A stretch of 64,000 nt of DNA from Candidatus Limnocylindrales bacterium. GTDB lineage: Bacteria; Desulfobacterota; Binatia; UBA1149; CAITLU01. Shown piece after piece: positions 26,252 to 35,582 of the stretch (position 1 is its first letter; the number at the start of each line of letters is the position of its first letter). Under the pieces are notes generated by a model that was not told the origin of the DNA, ran no database searches, and saw nothing but the letters and a program-made list of their open reading frames with translations. The stretch lies in NCBI GenBank assembly GCA_035571835.1, contig DATNBU010000017.1, positions 106,687 through 170,686 on the forward strand, in the 5' to 3' direction. Position numbers and translations under genes: made by a program.

Positions 26252-28621
26252 ATGGATCTGGTCCATCGCACGCTGGAAGTCCTCGACTGGCCGTTCGTCA
26301 CCGAAGCGATGGCAAGCCACGCACGCACTCCGGCCGGCCGCGAGCGCGCATTGCGGGTCGATCTGGCCCGGGATGTCCCGACGGTGGAAGAGTCGTTCGA
26401 TGCAATCGACGAAGTCTTCGCGCTCGTCGACCGGCGCGCCGGCATGCCGCCGGTCGGCGGCATCGAGCCGATCGACGGGCAGCTCGAGCGGGCCGCGCGG
26501 GGCGAGGTTCTCGCGACCGACGAGATCGCGTTCGTCGCATCCACGCTCGGTGCGCTCGCGTCGCTCGAGGATTTTGTTCGCCGCCACAGCGCGGATGCTC
26601 CGGCGCTTGCGAGGCTCGGCGCGGCAATTTCCCCCGACCGGCGGCTGTGCCGGACGTTCGCGGCCGCCATCGACGAGCACGGCATGCTGTCGCAGCAGGC
26701 CTGGCCGGTGCTCGGCGAGCTGCGGCGCCGCATCGCTTCGCTCGAGCGCAGCATCCGCACCACGCTCGAAGCGCTGCTCGATTCGCCCGAGTATGCCGAC
26801 GTGCTGCAGGATCGCTTCGTCACCGTTCGCGGCGATCGCTTCGTGGTTCCGGTCAAGTCGCACGCGAGAAACCTCGGGCTCGGAATCGTCCACGATGCGT
26901 CGCGCAGCGAACGCACCGTGTTCGTCGAGCCGGCATCGATCGTTCCGATCGGAAACGAACGCCGCATGGCCGAGTCGGCGCTCGCCGAGGAAGAACGACG
27001 CATCCTTGCGGAGCTGTCGGCCGAGCTCGGCGGGCACGCGGCAGCGCTGCGGGCTGCTCTCGACGGTGCCGCTGCACTCGATCTCGCGTGCGCGCGCACC
27101 GACTTTGCTGCGCGCATCGACGGCCACCGTCCGCGCGTAGGCACCGACGGCATCGTGGCCCTCGAGCGCGCGCGGCATCCGGTGCTTGCGCTCGGCCGCG
27201 CGAGCGTGGTCGCCAACGATCTGCGGCTCGACAGCGCGCGCCCGGTGCTGGTGCTGACCGGCCCCAACGCCGGCGGAAAGACAGTCGCGATGAAGACGAT
27301 CGGCCTGTGCGCGCTGCTGGTGCGCGCCGGCTGTTTCATTCCGGCCGCCGGCGGATCGCGCGTCGACATTTTCGACCCGGTGCTCGCCGACATCGGCGAC
27401 ATGCAGACCGTGCACGAAGGGCTCTCGAGCTTCTCGGCGCATCTCGCCACGCTCGCGCGCATGCTCGAGACCGCCGGCCGCGGAACGCTGCTGCTGCTCG
27501 ACGAGATCGCGGCAGGTACCGATCCTGCGCAGGGCGGCGCGCTGGCGCGCGCGATCCTCGAGCGGTTTGCGGATGCGGGAGCGCGCATCGTCGTGACCAC
27601 GCACTACACGCAGGTCAAGCGCATGGGCGCCGACGATCCGCGCGTCGAGGTTTCGGCGCTCGAATACGCCGACGGTAAGCCGACCTACCGCGTGGTGCCG
27701 GGCTCGGTCGGCGAGAGCCATGCGCTCGCCGCCGCCGGCCGCGCCGGCATCGACAGCGTTCTCATCGAGCGCGCGCGCGAGCTGATGGACGCCGGCGAGC
27801 GTGCCCTCGCCGATGCGCTCGCCGCGCTCGAGGCCGAGAAGACCCGTGCCGCCGAGGCGGCCACGCGCGCCGAGGCTCTGGCGCAGTCGCTGGCGTTGCG
27901 CGAACACGCCGTGGCTGCGCGCGAAGAGGAGATTCGTGGCCGCGCCAAAGAAGTCGAGCGGCGCGCGGCCTCGAAGCTCGTCGACACCCTGCGCGCGGCC
28001 GAAGACGACGTCCGGCGAGCGGTGCGCGAGCTTCGCGAGAACACCAGCCGCGAGCGCGCGGATGCCGCACGCGCAGCAATCGAGACGGCACGATCCGCGA
28101 TCGCCGAAGCCCGCCGTGACAACGCCGCGCCGCCGCGCCAGCCGAAACCCGGAGACAAGGTGCGCGTAACCGGCGTCGGGCTGGTGGGCGAAGTCGTCGA
28201 GGCGCGCGATGGAGAGCTCGAGATCCGCGCCGGCGCGATGACGGTGCGCGCGAAAGTCTCCGAGGTCGAAGTCCTGGCCGCGCCGCGAGCTGTCGGCGCA
28301 TCGCCGGCGCAGGTGCACAGCGAGCCGAAGCCGCGGCGCGCTTCCGGCGACTGGCTCGACGCGGCGCTGCGCATGCCGGCCAACACGCTCGATCTGCGCG
28401 GCGTGCGCGTGGAGGAAGGCCTCGCGCGCCTCGAGGAGTTCCTCGACGAATCGATGCTCGCCAGCCGCGAAGTCGTGTTCGTGCTGCACGGCCACGGCAG
28501 CGGCGCGATGAAGAGCGCCGTGCGGCGCGCGCTGTCGCAGTCGCCGTACGTGAGCGCCACGGCGCCGGCGCCGGAAGACCAGGGCGGCGACGCGCTGACG
28601 GTGTCGCGGCTGCGCGGGTAG
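26252..28621 (+). CDS. mutS2: Endonuclease MutS2 (MutS domain plus C-terminal Smr)
   Basis: Walker A GPNAGGKT, Walker B LLLLDE, long coiled-coil middle region, C-terminal Smr (LDLRGVRVEEG ... VLHGHGSGAMK). Confidence 0.85.
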   Translation: MDLVHRTLEVLDWPFVTEAMASHARTPAGRERALRVDLARDVPTVEESFDAIDEVFALVDRRAGMPPVGGIEPIDGQLERAARGEVLATDEIAFVASTLGALASLEDFVRRHSADAPALARLGAAISPDRRLCRTFAAAIDEHGMLSQQAWPVLGELRRRIASLERSIRTTLEALLDSPEYADVLQDRFVTVRGDRFVVPVKSHARNLGLGIVHDASRSERTVFVEPASIVPIGNERRMAESALAEEERRILAELSAELGGHAAALRAALDGAAALDLACARTDFAARIDGHRPRVGTDGIVALERARHPVLALGRASVVANDLRLDSARPVLVLTGPNAGGKTVAMKTIGLCALLVRAGCFIPAAGGSRVDIFDPVLADIGDMQTVHEGLSSFSAHLATLARMLETAGRGTLLLLDEIAAGTDPAQGGALARAILERFADAGARIVVTTHYTQVKRMGADDPRVEVSALEYADGKPTYRVVPGSVGESHALAAAGRAGIDSVLIERARELMDAGERALADALAALEAEKTRAAEAATRAEALAQSLALREHAVAAREEEIRGRAKEVERRAASKLVDTLRAAEDDVRRAVRELRENTSRERADAARAAIETARSAIAEARRDNAAPPRQPKPGDKVRVTGVGLVGEVVEARDGELEIRAGAMTVRAKVSEVEVLAAPRAVGASPAQVHSEPKPRRASGDWLDAALRMPANTLDLRGVRVEEGLARLEEFLDESMLASREVVFVLHGHGSGAMKSAVRRALSQSPYVSATAPAPEDQGGDALTVSRLRG

Positions 28622-28701
28622 CTTCTTCCGCCGCGCGGCGCGCGAACGCTCGTTCGGCCACTGCTGAATTCGCGGCTGCCGAATTCTCGCTCGTCTCGCG
28701 G

Positions 28702-30945
28702 CTACTTCATCGCATCGAACAGATCGACGTAGCTGTCGGTCCACAGCGCATGCTGCGCGGTGCCCGCAAGCCGCGAGCGTTCGCTCCAGCCGAATTCACG
28801 AACCAGCCGCTCGTGCAGCGCAGCATCGCCGGTCATCGCGTACCAGATGCTCGGGAAGCGTCCGGTCGTCCGCGAGACCTCCGGATCGACCACGCCGCGC
28901 GCCACCGCGAGCTCGAGGCCGAGCTCGCTGCCGATTCGCGTCAGGATCGGGTCGAGATCGAAAAGCCGGTTGCTGATGTGAAAGAACAGCACTCCGCCGG
29001 GCTTCAGCTTGTCGATGTAGAGCGCGACCGCTTCGCGCGTGATGAGGTGAAGCGGCACGAAGTCGCTGCTGAACGTGTCCATGACGAGGACGTCGTAGCG
29101 GGCCGGCGGCGTCTTCTCGAGCGACAGCCGCGCGTCGCCGAGCACGACGCGGCTCGGCTCTCCGGCGGAATCGCCGCGGCCGAGAAACGAGAAATACGTG
29201 CGCGCGATGTGCTCGACCTCCGGATCGATCTCGTAGTAGTCCCACGACTGTCCCGGTTGCCGGTAGGCGGCGAGCGCGCCGATGCCGAGACCGACGATGC
29301 CGGCCGCCGGTGCGCCGCCCGACTTTTCGAGATAGCGGCCGATCGGCGAGTCGCGGTGATAGTACGCGAGCGGCTCGCTGCGCCGCCCGGGATCGAGGCT
29401 CTCGACGCCGTGGACGGTGTTGCCGTGGAACAGCCGCCGGAGTCCGCCGCGGTCTTCGACGTGGTAGATCCCGTAGAACGTGCGCGAGCCGTAGACGTCG
29501 GCGGCATCGCCAGCGAAGATCGCCGTACCGAACGCCGCCAGCGCCAGCGCCGCCGTGCCTGTCGCAGCGGCAATTCGAAGCGGACGGCCGCGAAGCCACG
29601 CCGTCCACCGCGGCGCATCGTGGACGACGAACGCCGCAACGATCAGCGCCGCGGCGAACGCGAAGTCGATCGAATGCGACGCGAGCCAGCCGAACGCGAC
29701 CGGCGCGACGAGGCCCACCAGCACGCTGCCGAGCCATCCGCCGAGCGAAATCGAAAGATAGAACGTGCCGAGGAATCGCGGATCCGCGGGCCGGCCGCGG
29801 ATCAGCCGGTCGTGGCACATCATGCATGCGACGAACAGGATTGCGTTCTGGAGCGCGATGGTCGCGATCTCCGGCCGGATCTGGCGGGCGATTGCCACGA
29901 ACGACGCGATCGCGATCGCAGTGCCGCCGAACGTCCACGCGCGAACGGCTCTTTCGGACGGCGGAGTCGGCGCGAAGCAGATGATCAGTGTGACCAGATA
30001 GAGCGTCAGCGGCAGGATCCAGATCAGCGGCACCGGTGCGTCGGTGGAGACGACGCTCGTCACCACCATCAGCAGCGCATTGGCTCCGCCGGAAAGCAGC
30101 AGCCATTCGGCACGCGCGGACGCACCGATTGGCGGAAGCCGTTCGTCGAGCGGCGACGCTCGCACCAGCTCCGGAGCAGGCGAATCGCGGGCGACGCGGC
30201 GGCTCGCCGCAGCCAGCGACCAGACACACCAGACGTTGAGCAGCGCATACAGTCCGTAGCCTGCGTACCAGAGCAGGAGCTGCGCAGGCAGGTCGAGGCG
30301 GCGTTCGATCACGAACGGGTACGTCATCAGTGCGGCGAGCGCACCGGCGTTGGAAAGGCCGTACAGGAAGTATGGGCTCGACCGGCGCGGATGATCGGTG
30401 GTCGCGAGCCACGCCTGGCAGATGACGCTCGTCGTCGACAGCGCGATGAACGGCACGCCGGCCGAGAGCATCAGTGCCGACAGGATGCGTGCAACCGGCG
30501 GCAGATCCGGCTGCCACAGGCGGAACGGAAAGAATGCGATCGGCACGAGCACGAACGCGACGTGCGCCCAGCGATAGCCGCCGCGCGCGATGCGCCCGGA
30601 CGCGGCTGCCGCATAAAGATACCCGGCAAAAAGCGCGCCCTGATAAAACATCAGGCACGTCGTCCATACCGATGCGCTGCTGCCGAACGCGGGCAGAAGC
30701 AGCCTCGCCATCACGAGCTCGACCTGGAACAGCAGGAACGAACCGACGAGCACCAGCAAGCCGAACGGCGCAGCCGAAAAAGCGGGCGCCGGCGCGGCCG
30801 CGGCCTCCCTCGCAGGCGGTGCCGCCGCGCTGCCGGCATTCGGCGCAGAGGAACGGACAGAAGAGTTGGAACGTTGATCGGGCATCCGTGATCGAAGTCG
30901 TCGCAGGCAATGCGCTCGACGCGGAGCGATCGTAACCGTCGTCAC
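28702..30945 (-). CDS. Membrane-embedded spermidine-synthase-like protein (polytopic N-domain fused to aminopropyltransferase-like C-domain)
   Basis: About 450 aa of transmembrane helices followed by a methyltransferase-fold spermidine-synthase-like region (VLVMDTFS ... GGVLFFHIS). Confidence 0.65.
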   Translation of the reverse strand: MTTVTIAPRRAHCLRRLRSRMPDQRSNSSVRSSAPNAGSAAAPPAREAAAAPAPAFSAAPFGLLVLVGSFLLFQVELVMARLLLPAFGSSASVWTTCLMFYQGALFAGYLYAAAASGRIARGGYRWAHVAFVLVPIAFFPFRLWQPDLPPVARILSALMLSAGVPFIALSTTSVICQAWLATTDHPRRSSPYFLYGLSNAGALAALMTYPFVIERRLDLPAQLLLWYAGYGLYALLNVWCVWSLAAASRRVARDSPAPELVRASPLDERLPPIGASARAEWLLLSGGANALLMVVTSVVSTDAPVPLIWILPLTLYLVTLIICFAPTPPSERAVRAWTFGGTAIAIASFVAIARQIRPEIATIALQNAILFVACMMCHDRLIRGRPADPRFLGTFYLSISLGGWLGSVLVGLVAPVAFGWLASHSIDFAFAAALIVAAFVVHDAPRWTAWLRGRPLRIAAATGTAALALAAFGTAIFAGDAADVYGSRTFYGIYHVEDRGGLRRLFHGNTVHGVESLDPGRRSEPLAYYHRDSPIGRYLEKSGGAPAAGIVGLGIGALAAYRQPGQSWDYYEIDPEVEHIARTYFSFLGRGDSAGEPSRVVLGDARLSLEKTPPARYDVLVMDTFSSDFVPLHLITREAVALYIDKLKPGGVLFFHISNRLFDLDPILTRIGSELGLELAVARGVVDPEVSRTTGRFPSIWYAMTGDAALHERLVREFGWSERSRLAGTAQHALWTDSYVDLFDAMK

Positions 30946-31011
30946 GCCCCGATGCGATTTGACGGCTCACGTTGACCGCGATGGTCCGGTCGTTGTACAG
31001 GCTCTCTCCTC

Positions 31012-31443
31012 ATGGACTGGTGGATCTGGATCATGATCGGCTTTGCGTTTCTCGCGGCCGAAACCGTCACACCGGGCGGATTCTTCGCGTTCTTCTTCGG
31101 AGTCTCGGCGATCCTCGTCGGAATTCTCGACGCGATCGGCATCAGTGGCCCGGCGTGGGGCCAGTGGCTGCTGTTCTCGCTGCTGAGCGTCGCGATGGTC
31201 CTGTTCGTCCGGCCGACGATCGCGAGCCGCTTCGCCGGAAGCGCCGGCGGCAACACGCCGCTGCCCGAGCTGGTCGGAAACGTCGCCGTGCTGCTCGAGG
31301 ACCTCGAGCCCGGCGCGGTCGCCAAGGCCGAGCTTCGCGGCACGTCGTGGAGCGTGCGCAGCCGCCACGGCGAACGCATCGCGCGCGGCACGCGCACGAC
31401 CGTCGAGCGCGTCGAAGGCCTGACGCTCTGGATCGTTCCCTAG
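31012..31443 (+). CDS. NfeD-family membrane protein (short form)
   Basis: Hydrophobic N-terminus plus C-terminal OB-fold-like soluble domain. Immediately upstream of the SPFH gene, the classic NfeD-stomatin pairing. Confidence 0.7.
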   Translation: MDWWIWIMIGFAFLAAETVTPGGFFAFFFGVSAILVGILDAIGISGPAWGQWLLFSLLSVAMVLFVRPTIASRFAGSAGGNTPLPELVGNVAVLLEDLEPGAVAKAELRGTSWSVRSRHGERIARGTRTTVERVEGLTLWIVP

Positions 31444-31502
31444 ATGCGCGTTCCGTTGCGCTGACCTGACCGGATCCGCCGCAGCTACAGGAGATCAGAC
31501 CG

Positions 31503-32432
31503 ATGCCGGAAACCCTTCTCGTCTTCGTCACGCTTGCAGCCCTGGTGCTGTTCCTCGTCGCAAAAACCGCGGTCGTCGTTCCGCAGCAGAACGCGTACGT
31601 CGTCGAGCGGCTCGGCAAGTTCAGCGACACGCTCGGAGCGGGCTTTCACATTCTCGTGCCGTTCGTCGACGTGATCCGCTACCAGCATTCGCTCAAGGAA
31701 ACGGCGGTCGACATCCCCGAGCAGATCTGCATCACGCGCGACAACGTGCAGGTCCATGTCGACGGCGTGATCTACCTGCAGGTCCTCAACGCCGAGCGCG
31801 CGTCCTACGGCGTCAACGATTACCTCTTCGCCATTTCGCAGCTCGCGCAGACGACGCTGCGCAGTGAGATGGGCAAGATCGAGCTCGACCGCACGTTCGA
31901 GGAACGCAGCCACATCAACGTGCAGGTCGTCAACGAGCTCGACAAGGCGTCCGAGCCGTGGGGAATCAAGGTCCTGCGCTACGAGATCAAGAACATCACG
32001 CCGCCGGCCGACATCCTGGCCGCGATGGAAAAGCAGATGCGCGCCGAGCGCGAGAAGCGCGCCGTGATCCTGACGTCCGAAGGCGAGCGCGACGCCGCGA
32101 TCAACGTGGCCGAAGGCGAAAAGCAGCAGATCATCAAGTCGTCCGAAGCCCACAAGCAGCAGCAGATCAACGAAGCTGAAGGACAGGCTGCGGCCATACT
32201 TTCCGTAGCTGCGGCAACCGCCGACGGAATTCGCCGCGTCGCCGAAGCGATCAACGTCGCAGGCGGCCCCGCCGCCGTGCAGCTACGCATCGCAGAGAGC
32301 TACATCGAGCGCTTCGGCCAGCTCGCCAAAGCCACCAACACGGTCATCCTTCCCGCGAATGTCGCCGATGTGGCATCGATGATCGCAACCGCGATGAATG
32401 TGATTCCGAAAACAGCCGATCGGCAGCTGTGA
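31503..32432 (+). CDS. SPFH/band-7 (stomatin-like) protein
   Basis: N-terminal transmembrane segment, VVERLGKF and IYLQV motifs of the SPFH domain, C-terminal coiled-coil. Confidence 0.85.
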   Translation: MPETLLVFVTLAALVLFLVAKTAVVVPQQNAYVVERLGKFSDTLGAGFHILVPFVDVIRYQHSLKETAVDIPEQICITRDNVQVHVDGVIYLQVLNAERASYGVNDYLFAISQLAQTTLRSEMGKIELDRTFEERSHINVQVVNELDKASEPWGIKVLRYEIKNITPPADILAAMEKQMRAEREKRAVILTSEGERDAAINVAEGEKQQIIKSSEAHKQQQINEAEGQAAAILSVAAATADGIRRVAEAINVAGGPAAVQLRIAESYIERFGQLAKATNTVILPANVADVASMIATAMNVIPKTADRQL

Positions 32433-32869
32433 GAAAAACTCGCTGATTAGTTTTTTCACACTCTAAGACCACGTCACACCGATGCGCGCACGATGCGCAG
32501 TGCAGACGAAATGTGTCTTCCCCCACGCGTGAATCGTTGCATACGTGCATCGATGATCACGCAATCGAAGTAGGCGACCACTCAGCCGAGAAGTATTTCC
32601 ACAACGCACCACGCATCCGTAGCGAGTTGTGTTTACAGGTTTGCGACTGCGTTCTACGTTCAGCGCGTCACGGCTGGCCGCCGTGATGTGCCGGGGGTGC
32701 GGGGGCATCGACGACACAACGGGATGTCGGGGCGGACATTCCACTTAGCACGACCTGAAACACGAGCATGGCCTTCGCGCCGCGCTCGAGCGGACCCGCA
32801 AGGGCCCGATGGCATCGCTTTGCGCGCAAAAGGTCAGTGTCGCGGGCGATCCTTTGACGGGGTGGAAAA

Positions 32870-33937
32870 ATGCAACTCGACAGCCCGACTTCGTCCAGCC
32901 GCGAACGCGGCGCAATCGCCATTTTCCTCGCACTGACGCTGGTCCTGATCCTCGGGGTCGCGGCTTTCGTCATCGACATCGGAGGCGGGCTCGTCACCCG
33001 CGCGCAGCTCCAGAACGTGAGCGACGCGGGCTCGCTGGCGGCAGGTCGCGAGCTGGTGCGGATCTACCAGGCGCTGCCGGCGACGACGAACAACAAGACG
33101 TACATGCTCACGCCGGGCGACCAGGCCCGCATCTTCGGCAAGGCGTACGAGTTTGCGGGCGCGAACAAGGCCGGGGGTGTGGCGATCTCGGTTCTCGAGC
33201 CGGACCTCATTTACGGCACGTACGATCATGCGACCGGCGAGGTCACCCCGACGACGACCGGTGTGCGCGCGATCAAGCTGCTCTCTCGCCGCGACGATAC
33301 GGCAAACGGCGTCGTCGAAACGACGCTCGGCGGAGTCCTCGGCGTTCAGACGCTGTCGGTGCGGGCATCGGCCGCCGTCGGAATCAGTGCGCTCGGCACG
33401 ATGGCAGAAGGGGACGCAGATGTGCCGGTCGGCATCTCGTCGCACTGGTTCGACTCGAACGCGTGCAGCCCGACGTCGACGATCAAGTTCTTCCCGACCG
33501 GTACCGCCGACGGGTGCGCAGGCTGGCATACGTTCATCGAATCTCCGGCGAGTGCAGCGCGGCTCGGAAGAATCCTCGATGCGCTTCGCACGGACACCTA
33601 CGAGTCGCCCGAGACGACCGCAGGCCAGACGTCGTACAATTTTACCGGCGGCACGGTCTCATCGCGGTTCAGCGACATGAAGGCGCTCTACGACGCGAAA
33701 AAGGACGGTAACGGCGACTGGTCGGTGCTGGTGCCGGTCTACCAGGACTCGACCTGCAACAACCCGAACGGCGCGCTGCCGATCATCGGTTTCGCTCGTG
33801 CGCGCATCTACCAGGTCACGACGGCGCCAAGCCCGACCATCCTGGCCAACGTCGAGTGTGGCGTCGTCAGCGACGGCGCGGGGAACGGGCCGAATGATTA
33901 TGGGACGCTCTACGCCAGCCCCGGCATGATCCAGTAG
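32870..33937 (+). CDS. TadG/TadE-like (Flp-pilus-assembly-type) secreted protein, solitary
   Basis: RERGAIAIFLALTLVLILGVAAFVIDIGGGLVTRAQLQNVSDAGSLAAGREL is a TadE/TadG N-terminal pseudopilin-like domain. No other tad genes are nearby. Confidence 0.6.
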   Translation: MQLDSPTSSSRERGAIAIFLALTLVLILGVAAFVIDIGGGLVTRAQLQNVSDAGSLAAGRELVRIYQALPATTNNKTYMLTPGDQARIFGKAYEFAGANKAGGVAISVLEPDLIYGTYDHATGEVTPTTTGVRAIKLLSRRDDTANGVVETTLGGVLGVQTLSVRASAAVGISALGTMAEGDADVPVGISSHWFDSNACSPTSTIKFFPTGTADGCAGWHTFIESPASAARLGRILDALRTDTYESPETTAGQTSYNFTGGTVSSRFSDMKALYDAKKDGNGDWSVLVPVYQDSTCNNPNGALPIIGFARARIYQVTTAPSPTILANVECGVVSDGAGNGPNDYGTLYASPGMIQ

Positions 33938-34126
33938 CGCGGACGCGGATAAGGGCCGATCTACTTCGTTCGAACGCGGGCCGGTCGCTGCGACGTGGCT
34001 CCGCCACGCCTCGCTTCCTTTCCCCGCGTTCTGCCTCGTATCTCGACCCTTCTCCGCGCCCGCGGGTTGGTGGTGGGTCGTGTTTTGCGTCGCGGTTTTT
34101 TTGCGTCGGGAGTTGGGGGCTGAGGT

Positions 34127-35128
34127 TCAGGTTTGCGGGTGCTTGTCATCGCTCGGGGGTTCGTGGGCGATGAAGGAGGGGACGGCGACCTTTTCTACGG
34201 CTTGGTCGTCGTGGCCGGGGATTACGATCAGGTGGGGCTCGAGCATCGCGAATTTTCGGATGCGCCAGATCTGTTCCCACCACAGGGTCATGTTGGCGGC
34301 GGAGATCGGCATCGCGGGCCATTTCCAGCTCTGGGCGGTCCAGGCGGCGTCGCCGGTCAGGAGGAACGGGGCGTCGGCGGTCTTGATGATGAGGCCGGTG
34401 CTACCCGGCGTGTGACCCGACAGGTCTACGGCAAGCAGTGAGCCGTCGCCGAGAAGGTCGTGCGCGGCGAAAAGAGTCGCGAGCGGCTTCTCGTTCTGGA
34501 AATCGATGGTCTGCCACTGGCCGATCTTCATCAGTGGGTCGACGTCGACGAAGTCCATCTTCGAAAGGCCGGTCAGCACCCAGTTCTTCTCGTTGGCCGA
34601 GACGATGACGGTGGCGTTCGGGAAATCGGGGATCGCGCCGGTGTGGTCGAAGTGCAGGTGCGACAGCACGACCTTCGTAACGCCGAGCGGATCGAGTCCG
34701 GCGGCGCGCATCTGCTCGGCAAGGCCCGCGCCGGCGGGAACGTCGAGCATGCCGAGCTTTGCGCCGAGCCATCCGACGTAGTGCTCCGGCTCGGTGCGCG
34801 CGCGCTGGGCGATTCCGGTATCGAACACGACGAGGCCGGCGGTCGGGTGCTCGATCACGAACGCCCACGCACCCATGTCGATCATCGACGTCCAGCTGCC
34901 GCCGGCGAATGCCGCGCCCTGAGGCGTACGGACAGCGCCGGTACGGAACGCATGGATCCGGATGCCCGAGAGGCCGTGGTATGGCTGCGGCCATCCCTCG
35001 AGCGTCGACTTGATCGGAGGAATCGGCAGCGGCTGCTGGCAAGCCGACAGGGAGACGAGGCAGAAGCAGAGCAGGGCGGCGGCGAGTCCGACGCGACGAC
35101 CGCCGAGCGGCTTCAAGACCAGTAACAT
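34127..35128 (-). CDS. MBL-fold metallo-hydrolase lipoprotein (N-acyl-homoserine-lactonase-like)
   Basis: Lipobox LSAC after a signal peptide, and the HLHFDH (HxHxDH) metal-binding motif. Trimmed from ORF 34127..35719 to MLLVLKPLGG. Confidence 0.75.
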   Translation of the reverse strand: MLLVLKPLGGRRVGLAAALLCFCLVSLSACQQPLPIPPIKSTLEGWPQPYHGLSGIRIHAFRTGAVRTPQGAAFAGGSWTSMIDMGAWAFVIEHPTAGLVVFDTGIAQRARTEPEHYVGWLGAKLGMLDVPAGAGLAEQMRAAGLDPLGVTKVVLSHLHFDHTGAIPDFPNATVIVSANEKNWVLTGLSKMDFVDVDPLMKIGQWQTIDFQNEKPLATLFAAHDLLGDGSLLAVDLSGHTPGSTGLIIKTADAPFLLTGDAAWTAQSWKWPAMPISAANMTLWWEQIWRIRKFAMLEPHLIVIPGHDDQAVEKVAVPSFIAHEPPSDDKHPQT

Positions 35129-35478
35129 CCGTGCGAGTCGCGGGCGATTTCCGAAAGACACTCGTCGATCGAACCGGCGAACGGCTCCGCGCACGGCCCG
35201 CAGTACGCGGTCCAGCGACCGCTGCCGTTCTTCCAGAACAGCTGGTACGCATCGCCGCCGATCGCGCGAAGCTGTGCAAAGCGATTCTCGACGGCGTCGG
35301 CTGCGCACGTTGCGCGCTGCTGCATGGCGAGCGTGAACACGCCGTCGGCGCTCGCGTAGACGTGCAGCGCCTGTCGACAACCGATGCGCGTTGCCAGGTG
35401 ACGCCTGGCAAGAGCCGGTATGAATTCGAAGACGGTGGCGAGTCTCGCTTGAAGCGGCGAGGCCGAGGTCAGCGGCAT
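35113..35478 (-). CDS. Hypothetical small protein (121 aa) with C-terminal CGPC motif
   Basis: GC3-rich codon usage consistent with the host. WTAYCGPCAEPF resembles a thioredoxin-type CxxC but sits near the C-terminus. No family assignable. Confidence 0.3.
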   Translation of the reverse strand: MPLTSASPLQARLATVFEFIPALARRHLATRIGCRQALHVYASADGVFTLAMQQRATCAADAVENRFAQLRAIGGDAYQLFWKNGSGRWTAYCGPCAEPFAGSIDECLSEIARDSHGCYWS

Positions 35479-35582
35479 GGCGGCGGACCCTAGCCAAGGT
35501 GAAATCGAGGGGCAAACCGACTGTGCACCAGTTTCGCAACGCGGATCGCTGACGGTTATAAGTCAGCAGTGCGACTGACACG

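Noticed and set aside
33958-33975. GTTCGAAC motif that could hint at a tRNA T-arm
   Set aside because: No cloverleaf, acceptor stem or CCA context could be assembled around it. No tRNA-like structure was found anywhere in the non-coding stretches.
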